Below are positions 48,901 through 57,839 of a DNA stretch of 64,000 nucleotides, piece by piece. Under the pieces are notes generated by a model. That model had not been told where the DNA came from, ran no database searches, and was given only the letters and a program-made list of their open reading frames with translations. Every line of letters starts with the position of its first letter. The stretch's first letter is position 1. The DNA comes from Anaerolineae bacterium. Its GTDB lineage: Bacteria > Chloroflexota > Anaerolineae > B4-G1 > SLSP01. The stretch is taken from contig DAOUBT010000015.1 of the NCBI GenBank assembly GCA_034432595.1, positions 5,800 to 69,799 of the forward strand, in the 5' to 3' direction. Position numbers and translations under genes: made by a program.

Positions 48901-50556
48901 CTACCCCCGCACCCGCCTGATAGCTTCCGGCAGAGCGCGTAACACATCCCCCGCTGTCATGCCCACTTCGCCGACCTGTTGCCGCGCAATTTCTCCCGCC
49001 AGGGCGTGCAGATAAGCGCCCGCGCTGGCAGCTTCAAAAGCGCCCAGCCGCTGCGCGCGCAGGCCCGTGATGAGGCCCGCCAGGACATCCCCCGTCCCAC
49101 CTTTGGCCAGGCCTGCGTTGGCAAAGGGGATCAGCGTGGCCGACCCCTCCGGCGCGGCGACAACGGTAAAGGCGCCCTTGAGCACGACTACCAGGTTCAA
49201 CGCCCGTGCGACCTCTAACGCAATATCCACGCGCTTACTTTGCACCTCGGCTACCGTTTTGCCCGTCAACCGCGCCATTTCGCCCGGATGGGGTGTGATG
49301 ATGGTGCGCGGCGGGAGCAGCTTCGGCCAGTTCGCGATTTTGCTCAGGATGTTCAAGCCGTCCGCATCCACAATGAGAGGGGGAAAGGCGCGGGGTTCTC
49401 CCACGCTCCAGGTTTCGACCGGCTGCAAAAGGCCCGTGCCGCGCTTCTCGCGCTTCAAGCCCAGCAGGGACCGCATGAAGGCCTGTGTCTCCGTGCTTTG
49501 CCCTAATCCCGGCCCAATCAGCAGCGCGCGGTAAGCCTCGAACTGTTCCACGAGTTGCGGCACACCGTCCGCGTTGAAAGCTCCTTCCGTGTGGGGAAGG
49601 GGCAGCGCCGTCGCCTCCGGCGCGGCGGCGATAACCGCTCCTTGCAGGGAGGCGGGCAGCGCCACCGTCACCAGGCCGACCCCGCTGCGTAAAGCGGCCT
49701 GCGTCGCCAAAAGCGCCGCGCCTGTGTACGCTGCCGAGCCGACCACCAGCAGGGCGCTGCCAAATGTCCCTTTGTGCGCATCGGCGGGACGGGCAGGTAA
49801 CCAGGCGCGCACCTGTTCGGCGGTGAGCACATCCACCCCTTCTTGACGTGGCCAGCATTCGGCGGGGATGCCAATGTCCGCGACCATCAATTCGCCCACC
49901 ACGGCGGCGGCAGGGAAGCGCAAATGTCCCCACTTCGGCGCGGCGAACGTCACGGTGAGATGCGCTGTGAGCACCAGGGGATCCAACGCGCCGGTGTTGA
50001 AATCCATGCCGGTCGGCCCGTCTACAGCTAAAATGAAGGGCCGCGTGGATGGAACGGGACGGGTGCTCGAAAGTGACGTGAGCGGCGAGGTCTGCGCGCT
50101 GCTTAAAGCCCGCCGCACCCCGTGCAGAATATCCGCAATGGCGCCGCGCAGGGGTAACTGCGCGCCTGTACCAAGGAGCGCATCTATCAACACGTCGCTG
50201 CGGTTTATCAGGCGTGTCAATTCCGGCTTGTCGGCATCCGGCTCGGCCAACACCATCGTCACCCCGCTTTCCACGGCACGCTGATAGACGGTATCCTCAT
50301 CGCTGCGTGGATGGGAGAGATACGCGGTGACCTTCGCGCCGGCCTGTGCCAGATAGCGCGCCGCCACCAGCCCATCGCCACCGTTGTTGCCCGGTCCGAC
50401 CAGCACCAGCACCGTGCGCTCACGCAGCGACATTCGCTCCAGCAGGACGCGCGCCACGCTCTGACCGGCCAGCTCCATCATGCGCGCAAAGCTGTGTCCA
50501 ATGGCATTCGCCTGCGCTTCCATCGCCCGCATCTCATCCACATTGACAACGCGCAT
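48901..50556 (-). CDS. nnr: Bifunctional NAD(P)H-hydrate epimerase / ADP-dependent dehydratase Nnr
   Basis: YjeF_N domain (LVLVGPGNNGGDGLVAARYL) plus a C-terminal kinase-like domain (GPGLGQ, GTGDVLAG). Confidence 0.85.
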   Translation of the reverse strand: MRVVNVDEMRAMEAQANAIGHSFARMMELAGQSVARVLLERMSLRERTVLVLVGPGNNGGDGLVAARYLAQAGAKVTAYLSHPRSDEDTVYQRAVESGVTMVLAEPDADKPELTRLINRSDVLIDALLGTGAQLPLRGAIADILHGVRRALSSAQTSPLTSLSSTRPVPSTRPFILAVDGPTGMDFNTGALDPLVLTAHLTVTFAAPKWGHLRFPAAAVVGELMVADIGIPAECWPRQEGVDVLTAEQVRAWLPARPADAHKGTFGSALLVVGSAAYTGAALLATQAALRSGVGLVTVALPASLQGAVIAAAPEATALPLPHTEGAFNADGVPQLVEQFEAYRALLIGPGLGQSTETQAFMRSLLGLKREKRGTGLLQPVETWSVGEPRAFPPLIVDADGLNILSKIANWPKLLPPRTIITPHPGEMARLTGKTVAEVQSKRVDIALEVARALNLVVVLKGAFTVVAAPEGSATLIPFANAGLAKGGTGDVLAGLITGLRAQRLGAFEAASAGAYLHALAGEIARQQVGEVGMTAGDVLRALPEAIRRVRG

Positions 50557-50568
50557 GGTCTCCCTCCT

Positions 50569-52173
50569 TTATGCCACCCAGGGAACAACGGTCGCATCTA
50601 ACGACCTGTGCAGCCTGTCCAACTCCTGCAACACGTGGGGCAAGAGCGCGTCCACGGGGACCCGTGCGCCCTGCTCCTGTCCGCGGTGCTTGACCTCCAC
50701 GCCGCCTGCTTTGAGCGCGCGTTCGCTCACCGTCACACGCAGCGGCATTCCCAGCAGGTCCGCATCCGTGAATTTTACCCCCGCACTTTCGGGGCGGTCA
50801 TCGAGCAACACCGGAATACCCGCCTGCTTCAGGCGCGCGTACACCTGCGCGGCCTGCACGTCCACCTCGCTGCTGCCCTTGCCCGGCAACACCACGACAT
50901 GCACCGCATACGGCGCCACGCTCACCGGCCAGCGCAGGCCCTGCTCATCATGATGCGCGTCCGCCAGGGCCACCGCCCAGGTCGCCACATCCACGTCCCA
51001 AAGCGCTGCGTGCCAGGGTTGCATCCGTCCATCCTGATCCTGATATTGGGCCGGTTGCGCGCCGCAGTGACAGGCGCGCAGCAGGCGCAGGCCCGGATGG
51101 GCCTCCAGCGCTGCGCCGCACTCCGGACAGGCATCGCCCGCGTGGACGAGGCTCACATCCGCCACCACATCCGCCTGAAAATCGCTGCCGTAGGTCACGT
51201 TGATGAAGTGATACCCGGCCTCATTCGCTCCGGCGACCAGGTTGGGCGCGTGAGGGATGAGGTCATCCACCACCACCAGCGCCCCGCGCACGCCGATGGG
51301 CGAAGCATAGCCGGGTTCGGCTCCGCAGGCGCGGATTTCGTCCTCCGTGGCCGGGCGCAGCGCGTGCGCCCCCGTCACCTGCTGGACCTTGGCCAGGTTC
51401 ACCTCGCCATCGCCGCGGATGACGACGAAGACCAGGCGCTCCATGGTTGGCCAGCTCCCCATCAACAGCAGCGCCTTGGCCGTGCGCTCCGGTGGGATGC
51501 CCAGAAACGCGCACAGATCCGCGATGGTGCTTGCGCCGGGCGTCGCCACCTTCTGCAGGGGACGCGGCACCTCATCCGCGGGGCGGGGTTTGCGCGTGCG
51601 CGCGGCGTGTTGTGCGGCGCGGTAGCCGCAACGCGGACAGACCAGCGCCGTCATCTCGCCATGGGGCAGCGGCGCGAAGAAGCTCAGCCCCGTCAGCTCC
51701 CGCACAGCGACGGGGGTGAGGCCGCAGCGTTGCGCCGTTTCAAACAAAGTGCCGTTCAACGTGTCCCATAACGCCTCCAGCCCCGCCGCGTCGGCGCTCA
51801 AGGCGGCCAGCGAAAGGCGCGTTCCGTCCCCCGCATCGTACACAATGGCGGGCAAGTTTTTATAGGATTGGATATGCTGCCGCCCAATCTCCTGCAACGC
51901 CGTCAGCATGGGTGGCGCGCCTTCTTCATCGCCCAGGGACGGGCCGCGCGGCCGCACGTTAAAGGTCACGGCCTGTCCCCGCTGCTGCTCAAGCTGCGCA
52001 TCGAGGCGGGCTTTGATCTGTTGCAGCAGTCGCTGTCCCATGGGCAACCAGGCCAGGCTTCCGTTGCTCAGGCGCTGCACATATCCGGCGCGGATGAGCC
52101 AGGCCAGCCCCGCCGGATGCACGTCCTCCGGCAGAGCGCGTAACCGCATCCCCAAAACCTGACCCAGACGCAT
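50569..52173 (-). CDS. Prolyl-tRNA synthetase-like paralog with degenerate catalytic motifs (INS editing and anticodon-binding domains retained)
   Basis: The N-terminus (MRLGQVLGMRLRALPEDVHPAGLAWLIRAGYVQRLSNGSLAWLPMGQRLL) is collinear with bacterial ProRS. The INS-like region (STIADLCAFLGIPPERTAKALLL...FVVIRGDGEVNLAKV...ATEDEIRA) and the anticodon-binding region (VVLP...GIPVLLDDRPESAGVKFTDADLLGMP) are conserved. The motif 2 FRDE loop and the motif 3 GIGxxR are replaced (VYDAGDGTR; WDVDVATW), and ~20 residues around motif 1 are deleted. Confidence 0.65.
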   Translation of the reverse strand: MRLGQVLGMRLRALPEDVHPAGLAWLIRAGYVQRLSNGSLAWLPMGQRLLQQIKARLDAQLEQQRGQAVTFNVRPRGPSLGDEEGAPPMLTALQEIGRQHIQSYKNLPAIVYDAGDGTRLSLAALSADAAGLEALWDTLNGTLFETAQRCGLTPVAVRELTGLSFFAPLPHGEMTALVCPRCGYRAAQHAARTRKPRPADEVPRPLQKVATPGASTIADLCAFLGIPPERTAKALLLMGSWPTMERLVFVVIRGDGEVNLAKVQQVTGAHALRPATEDEIRACGAEPGYASPIGVRGALVVVDDLIPHAPNLVAGANEAGYHFINVTYGSDFQADVVADVSLVHAGDACPECGAALEAHPGLRLLRACHCGAQPAQYQDQDGRMQPWHAALWDVDVATWAVALADAHHDEQGLRWPVSVAPYAVHVVVLPGKGSSEVDVQAAQVYARLKQAGIPVLLDDRPESAGVKFTDADLLGMPLRVTVSERALKAGGVEVKHRGQEQGARVPVDALLPHVLQELDRLHRSLDATVVPWVA

Positions 52174-52200
52174 GGCGTTCTCCTTGCCGGGTGAAGGCAG

Positions 52201-52728
52201 CTACACGGTGCGCGTGTTGGGGTGGAGATGGCCTGCCTCGGCGTTGGGGTCGGAGCGGAGCAGGGCCACGGCGTGGGGCAGCGCGGGCAGGATGACGCGC
52301 AGGTTCTCGACCGCGCCCTTGGGGCTGCCGGGCAGGTTGACGATGAGGGTTTTGCCGCGGATGCCGCACACGGCGCGCGAGAGCATCCCGTGCGGGCTGA
52401 TGGCGATGGACGCGGCGCGCATCGCCTCGGCCAGGCCGGGCGCCTCGCGCTCGATCACGTCGCGCGTCGCTTCCGGCGTCACATCCAGGGGTGAAAAGCC
52501 GGTGCCGCCGGTGGTGAGGATCACATCCACCTCGTCGCTGTCGGCCCAGGCGCGCAACTGTTCAGCAATGGCGGCGCGGTCATCGGGCAGCACGCGGTAA
52601 GCGCTGATTTCGACCTCGTCAAAGGCCTGCCTCAAAGCTTCTTGCAGGACCTGTCCGCTCCGGTCCTCGTAGATACCGGCTGCAGCGCGATTACTCGCGG
52701 TGAGGATAGCAAAACGTAGCGTCGTCAT
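52201..52728 (-). CDS. mogA: Molybdopterin adenylyltransferase MogA/MoaB family
   Basis: FAILTASNRAAAGIYEDRSG...ILTTGGTGFSPLDVTPEAT. The start was chosen at MTTLRF. Confidence 0.85.
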   Translation of the reverse strand: MTTLRFAILTASNRAAAGIYEDRSGQVLQEALRQAFDEVEISAYRVLPDDRAAIAEQLRAWADSDEVDVILTTGGTGFSPLDVTPEATRDVIEREAPGLAEAMRAASIAISPHGMLSRAVCGIRGKTLIVNLPGSPKGAVENLRVILPALPHAVALLRSDPNAEAGHLHPNTRTV

Positions 52729-52769
52729 GACCACCTCCTGTGGTGTACTCGTCCCATCATCCAACTTTC

Positions 52770-53008
52770 TGCTTTCAGCTTCCAATATCCAGCTTCAAGC
52801 TTTCAGTAACCAGCTCCGCTTTCAGCTTACGCCTTCCGCAACCAGCTTCCAGTTTCCAATATTCAGTGCAACTGCTTCCCATCAGCACCAGTAGCCAGAG
52901 CAATCACCGCTGGCGCGATTTTAACCGCAGGTTTAGCCAGGGTATCCGATGATTTCAACACCCTTGGGGTTGGCCTGGGGTGGGCTAAGGCATTGCCTTC
53001 GTCCACCC
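52770..53008 (-). repeat. Composite intergenic repeat copy C (reverse orientation): palindrome 52977-53008, conserved module 52901-52968, decamer tandem repeats 52770-52870
   Basis: The reverse complement of 52901-52968 (gggtgttgaaatcatcggataccctggctaaacctgcggttaaaatcgcgccagcggtg) is >90% identical to 7401-7458. The palindrome is ggggtgggctaaggcattgccttcgtccaccc, and the tandem repeats are TGGAAGCTG-type units. Confidence 0.7.
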
Positions 53009-53019
53009 TTACCCCTTCC

Positions 53020-54573
53020 TCATCCTCGCCGGAGCGCCATCTGCAGGGCCTCTTTCAGCTCGCGGATACCCAGCAGCGTGGCGAAAAGCGCATAACTGAC
53101 GACCCCCAGGACCAGGCCGAGCACAGTCTGTACCAGCGCGCCGCCAGGTCCGTAACGCAACCCCAGGATGATGACGACGCCCATCAAAACCGAGGCCAGG
53201 GTAGCGCGCGAGGTCAGCCACGCCATGCCGCGCCAATCCAACCCCGGCACGCTGCGCTCGATGCGCGCCAGCAGGACTCCCATTTCCACCAGCGCGGCCA
53301 CCGCGTTGGCCAGGGCCAGACCGCCGTAGGCCGGCCATCCCGCGCCCGTGAAAACCGCGGGCAAGGTAAGCCCCAGGGCGACGTTGACCGCCACCGCAAT
53401 GCCAGCAGCCCAGGCCGGAGTCCAGGTATCTTGCCGCGCATAGAAAGCGCGCGCCAGAATTTCAATAGCTGCGTGGCCGATGAGGCCCAGGGCAAGCCAG
53501 CTCATGCTCCAGTTCACCGCCGCTGTGGACGCCGCGTCGAACTCACCGCGTTGCAACAACACGGCGATGATCGGGCGTCCCAGCACGATTAAGCCCGCCG
53601 TCGCGGGGAATGTGAGCACGATAATCATGCGGAGCATGGCGCTGAGCGTCTGCCCCAGGCCCTTCAAGTCGTTGCGCGCGGCCTGTTCCGAGAAGGTGGG
53701 GAAGACGGCCACGCCCACCGCCTGCGCCAGAATGCCTTGAGGTAACATCACAAGATTCCAGGCATAGTTGAGCGCCGAAACCGCACCCTCGCCAAGACGA
53801 GCCGCCAGATTGTTGGTGATGACGAAATTCAATTGCACCGCAGCGATACCCAGCACGCGCGGCCCCATCAGACGCACCACTTCGCGTACCCCGTTATCCC
53901 CCCGTCCCAGGGTCAGCGCGTAGCGGGGGTGGTAGTGGATAAGGGCCAGCGCCTGCATCAATAAGTGGGCCAGCGCTCCCACGTCCATCATGATCGCCGC
54001 GGCCATGATACCGATGGGCTTCAGGCCGCCCCAAACCGCGCCGGCAATCAGGGCCAGGTTGTACACGCTCGGCGCCAGGGCCGGGATGAGGAAACTCTGA
54101 TAGGCGTTGAGGGCGCCCATCAGCACCCCGCTCAGGCTAAAGATGAGGACGGAAAGGAGCATCACCTGCATCAAGCGAGCGGTGAGGGCCTGCATCGCAG
54201 CGGTCGCGCCGGGCGCCACCACATGCACGCTCAACCAGGGCGCGGCAAGCGCCGTCAGGGCAGTGATGGGAATCAGGACGATCATCAGCCAGGTCATGAT
54301 GGCGGAGGCCAGACGCCAGGCCGCTTCCTCATCGCCGTGGGTCAGGCGTGCGCTAAAAAGTGGGATGAAAGCCGATCCCAGGGCGCCACCTGAGATGACC
54401 ATGAACAGCATCTCCGGGATGCGGGCCGCCGCGACGTAAGCATCCATCTCCAGGCTCAGGCCGAAATAATGCCCAAAGATGGCCTGTCGCACCAACCCCA
54501 GCACCCGGCTCAAGGCAAAAGCGACCATCACAATGAAGGCCGCACGGGTTACATGACGTTGTGTCTTATCCAT
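53020..54573 (-). CDS. murJ: Lipid II flippase MurJ
   Basis: 517 aa with 14 TM segments and an MviN/MurJ N-terminus (RAAFIVMVAFALSRVLGLVRQAIFGHYFG). Confidence 0.9.
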   Translation of the reverse strand: MDKTQRHVTRAAFIVMVAFALSRVLGLVRQAIFGHYFGLSLEMDAYVAAARIPEMLFMVISGGALGSAFIPLFSARLTHGDEEAAWRLASAIMTWLMIVLIPITALTALAAPWLSVHVVAPGATAAMQALTARLMQVMLLSVLIFSLSGVLMGALNAYQSFLIPALAPSVYNLALIAGAVWGGLKPIGIMAAAIMMDVGALAHLLMQALALIHYHPRYALTLGRGDNGVREVVRLMGPRVLGIAAVQLNFVITNNLAARLGEGAVSALNYAWNLVMLPQGILAQAVGVAVFPTFSEQAARNDLKGLGQTLSAMLRMIIVLTFPATAGLIVLGRPIIAVLLQRGEFDAASTAAVNWSMSWLALGLIGHAAIEILARAFYARQDTWTPAWAAGIAVAVNVALGLTLPAVFTGAGWPAYGGLALANAVAALVEMGVLLARIERSVPGLDWRGMAWLTSRATLASVLMGVVIILGLRYGPGGALVQTVLGLVLGVVSYALFATLLGIRELKEALQMALRRG

Positions 54574-54758
54574 GGTGTGAAATTATACCTTAGTTTTTGC
54601 GAAGTGCGTCCCGGCTTTACGGTGCGAAAAAACCTCAGCCGACGTTTGATGACGCGCGGACGCTCCTGCTCGCTACTACGCTGCAAGAATCTTCAGGCGG
54701 CCATCAGACTGGAAGCCGCTGGAGACGGTTTGAATGGCTGCTCTTGTGATGGATGTGG

Positions 54759-54786
54759 AAATAGGACAGAAATCCTATTTTTCTCA
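54759..54786 (+). terminator. Orphan hairpin + T-tract on + strand upstream of DUF11 gene
   Basis: aaatagga-cagaaa-tcctattt followed by ttctc. No + strand CDS lies upstream, so it may end an unannotated small RNA. Confidence 0.3.
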
Positions 54787-54965
54787 CTCATTTTCAGTCT
54801 GTTTTGGCCACTTTGTAATGGAATTTGTAACATTTTTTTGTTATTCTACAGATAGACATTCGATTCATGCACGGCTCTTTGACCGTTGAGGTGCTATGCA
54901 TGAGCGTCAAGGTGCCATGCAAGTAGTTCATTCGAATGTCAAGAGTTTATAAGGAGGTGAGAACT

Positions 54966-57443
54966 ATGAAACAACATCCCTGGTGGCTGATTTACGGTTT
55001 GAGTTTTTGGGTCGTCCTGAGCTTACTTTTAAGCCCATTGGGCTCTCAGTCCGTTTTGGCTGAAGGCAGCGGGAATCTCAACACAAACGGCGGTAAACGC
55101 GCGCTCACGGAATGGCGCATCGGAACTACGGCTGGGCTTTATCGCCGCACGTTTTTGCGCGTCTATGCCCGTGCCGGTGAACAAATTCTGATGGGCTCCA
55201 GCGCTGTCGGGGTAGGACAGGGCGATATTGTGGTTTATCGGGAAAGCCAAATTACCAGCTCTCAAATAGCTCCTGCCGCGCTGGCATCCATTACTCCGGC
55301 ATTCCAATGCAGTGTGTATCGCCAGACCAACCCTGGCGCAGGTGAATTGAGGACGCGCGCGCAAGAACAGGCTGGACCTCTTCCCAACACCGGAGGCTAT
55401 ACGCCTTGTGTTTACACTGCCCCCGCCACCGAAACCTACTGGGTCGCCATGTACGGTCCCGATGGCCCCAACGGGAATGCCGATGGTCAGGCCGGAACCA
55501 TTGACACGCCCGTGGTAGACACCAATCAGAGAAGCGGCGTTTCCATGTGGGATATCACCGTGCGCAGCGCCGATGGAAACACGACTTACAGCGGGCGCGT
55601 TTTCGTGGACTATCTGGCGCAGATCAGCGGTGGCAATGGAGATGCGTATAAGGTCTACTCCACCCTCTACGCGGTGACCCAGGATGGGTTCATCTACAAG
55701 GTGGATTTGCGCGGTCTGGACCCTTACGGCTTTATCTTTTACGGCAATCGCGTCGGTTTCCTGGATCCTGATGGAAAAACGCCCCTTTATCACGATCTGA
55801 TGACGAATAACAATCTACTCAATAATCCTTTCGGAGGCGTGATCCTGGCCCCGGCTACGGCTAAATTATTCTTCTCTATGCCGGATGCGGCCCTGCCGCC
55901 GGAAGTCTTGCCAACGCCGGTTACGCCTTCGATTTCTACCGTGGTATTTCACGGTACGGCAGGGGGTAACGATAGTTACGTTTCCAGCGGTGGAGTTTTC
56001 GAGTACACGGGCAATGTTGGGGGCATCATGGAAATTGTCGTCAGCCGCGACGGAACTGACTTTGAGCCGACCAACCCCAATAACCGCGTTCTGCGCGCCG
56101 AATCCGCTATTGGCGTCAATACCCTGGTTTGGGATGGCCTGGATAATGCAGGACAACCTTTCCCAACGGGAACGGACTATCCCTTCCGGGTCGTTTTCCA
56201 CGCCGGGGAGTACCACTTCCCCATGCTGGATGTCGAAAACAGCCGCGAGGGAGGCCCGACCATCCAATTGCTTAATCCTTTAGGAGGTACCTGCCCCTGG
56301 GCAACCTGCTACCATGCTTTCTATGACGACCGGGGCTATCGCGTTTCCACGGGTGTGGTGGTTGGAACCATCGGACAAACTCTGCCTGGGGACACTAATG
56401 CGAAAAATCCACCTTCCACCAATTATAGCGGTGCAACGGGCTTTGACACGCGCTCGAATCAACGCAGCTTTGGTGACGGCACTGGACAGGGATTTGGTAA
56501 CTGGAAAGGCCTGGATTTGTGGACTTACTACCCGGTTCCGGCGGTTTATAACGTCCTGGATATCATTCCAGTCCCTCAGAAGGACCTGCGCTTGAGCAAG
56601 ACACACAGCAGTGATTTTGTCGTCGGTTCGACGGGTAGCTTCACGCTCAAAGTGCAGAACATGGGCACAGAAACCATCACGGGGACCATCACGGTAACAG
56701 ATACGCTACCCACAGGCCTGACGCTAAACGCGGTGAGCGGTACGGATTGGACATGCTCATCCGCGGGGCAAACGATTGTCTGTGTTCACGCCAACAGCGG
56801 AGGGTTGGCTCCGGGGGCCACTTTGCCGCTTATCACCCTCAGCGTGAATGTGGAGCCGGCTGCTGCCCCCGTGGTCACCAATACAGCTGTATTGGCTAAC
56901 GAAAACGACACGAATTCGGAAAATAACACGGCCAGCGACGCCGTCAATGTCAAAAGCACCGATCTGCGCGTGACCAAGACAGCCTCTACGAGTGTTGTTG
57001 CTCCCGGTGACCTGGTCACCTTCACCATCACCGTGGAAAACCTTGGGCCCATGGATGCCCATCAGGTGCAGCTCACGGAAACCATGCCCGAAAGCCTGAT
57101 CCTGGTCAACGCCAGGCCCTCGCAGGGTAATTTCGATGCTGCTACCGGGGTGTGGACCCTTGGTAGTCTGCCCTACGGCAACACGGTGACCCTGACCGTC
57201 GTGGCTCGGGTGGATGCCAGTATCAGCGGCACGCGAGACTTGACCAACAGCGTGGCTTTGAGTGGTGTGCAAGAATACGACCTGAACAGCGCCAATAACA
57301 ACGCCTCGGCAACCATTCAGGCAAAGCCCTCGGCGGTTACCTTGCGGGCGCTGCGCGCTCAATCCGTAAGCATGGTTCCGTTGGGGTGGCTCTTGCTTGT
57401 GGGGGCCCTGGCGGTATGGGGAGCTGTCAGGCGTTGGCGTTGA
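54966..57443 (+). CDS. Large secreted surface protein with DUF11 (conserved repeat) domains and C-terminal membrane anchor
   Basis: Signal peptide (MKQHPWWLIYGLSFWVVLSLLLSPLGSQSVLA), a ~550-aa N-terminal domain and two DUF11-like Ig repeats (LRLSKTHSSDFVVGSTGSFTLKVQNMG...; LRVTKTASTSVVAPGDLVTFTITVENLG...). A C-terminal hydrophobic helix is followed by RRWR. GC content (~53-55%) is clearly below the window average. GGAGGT RBS. Confidence 0.7.
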   Translation: MKQHPWWLIYGLSFWVVLSLLLSPLGSQSVLAEGSGNLNTNGGKRALTEWRIGTTAGLYRRTFLRVYARAGEQILMGSSAVGVGQGDIVVYRESQITSSQIAPAALASITPAFQCSVYRQTNPGAGELRTRAQEQAGPLPNTGGYTPCVYTAPATETYWVAMYGPDGPNGNADGQAGTIDTPVVDTNQRSGVSMWDITVRSADGNTTYSGRVFVDYLAQISGGNGDAYKVYSTLYAVTQDGFIYKVDLRGLDPYGFIFYGNRVGFLDPDGKTPLYHDLMTNNNLLNNPFGGVILAPATAKLFFSMPDAALPPEVLPTPVTPSISTVVFHGTAGGNDSYVSSGGVFEYTGNVGGIMEIVVSRDGTDFEPTNPNNRVLRAESAIGVNTLVWDGLDNAGQPFPTGTDYPFRVVFHAGEYHFPMLDVENSREGGPTIQLLNPLGGTCPWATCYHAFYDDRGYRVSTGVVVGTIGQTLPGDTNAKNPPSTNYSGATGFDTRSNQRSFGDGTGQGFGNWKGLDLWTYYPVPAVYNVLDIIPVPQKDLRLSKTHSSDFVVGSTGSFTLKVQNMGTETITGTITVTDTLPTGLTLNAVSGTDWTCSSAGQTIVCVHANSGGLAPGATLPLITLSVNVEPAAAPVVTNTAVLANENDTNSENNTASDAVNVKSTDLRVTKTASTSVVAPGDLVTFTITVENLGPMDAHQVQLTETMPESLILVNARPSQGNFDAATGVWTLGSLPYGNTVTLTVVARVDASISGTRDLTNSVALSGVQEYDLNSANNNASATIQAKPSAVTLRALRAQSVSMVPLGWLLLVGALAVWGAVRRWR

Positions 57444-57485
57444 CATTTTGCCATATCGTGGTAATGTAGCCCATGAGGTGACGCG

Positions 57486-57560
57486 ATGACGATGCTGACG
57501 CTCAAGAAGCAGACCAAGCGCACGAACCCCGCCGTTGCAGGCGAGGGGGCGCTGGTTTAG
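57486..57560 (+). CDS. Small ORF (24 aa, MTMLTLKKQTKRTNPAVAGEGALV), hypothetical
   Basis: GAGGTG RBS 5 nt upstream; 20 of 23 codons have G/C at position 3. It is followed by a hairpin terminator at 57591-57623. Confidence 0.3.
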   Translation: MTMLTLKKQTKRTNPAVAGEGALV

Positions 57561-57590
57561 CGCACCTCTGAAAAGGCTCAAGTAAATCCA

Positions 57591-57623
57591 AGCCCCCCGC
57601 CTGAAAGCGGGGGGCTTTGTGTT
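57591..57623 (+). terminator. Rho-independent terminator
   Basis: agccccccgc-ctgaaa-gcggggggct followed by ttgtgtt. Confidence 0.6.
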
Positions 57624-57674
57624 GCAGGATAAGCTCATGATGATCGCTAACGGCATGGATAAGAAGGTGAAGCG

Positions 57675-57760
57675 CCCAGACTGCGGGTCTGGTTAGCTGC
57701 GCTTACCTTCTTCCCGGTGTAACGCTGCCAGACCCCAACCCAGGGTCTGGCAGTTTTTTT
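57675..57760 (+). promoter_or_regulatory. Attenuator-like leader: hairpin 57675-57692 and terminator 57726-57760 with mutually exclusive antiterminator pairing
   Basis: Hairpin 1 is cccagac-tgcg-ggtctgg. The terminator is tgccagacc-ccaaccca-gggtctggca + ttttttt, 80 nt upstream of the substrate-binding protein ATG. The 3' arm of hairpin 1 (gggtctgg) is complementary to the terminator 5' arm (ccagaccc). Confidence 0.45.
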
Positions 57761-57839
57761 ATCAGGAGTTTCTCAGCCGTCATGCAGCCTTTCACGGCGC
57801 GGCTGAAAGGCTCACCCATTTCATATCAGGAGGTGTCTC

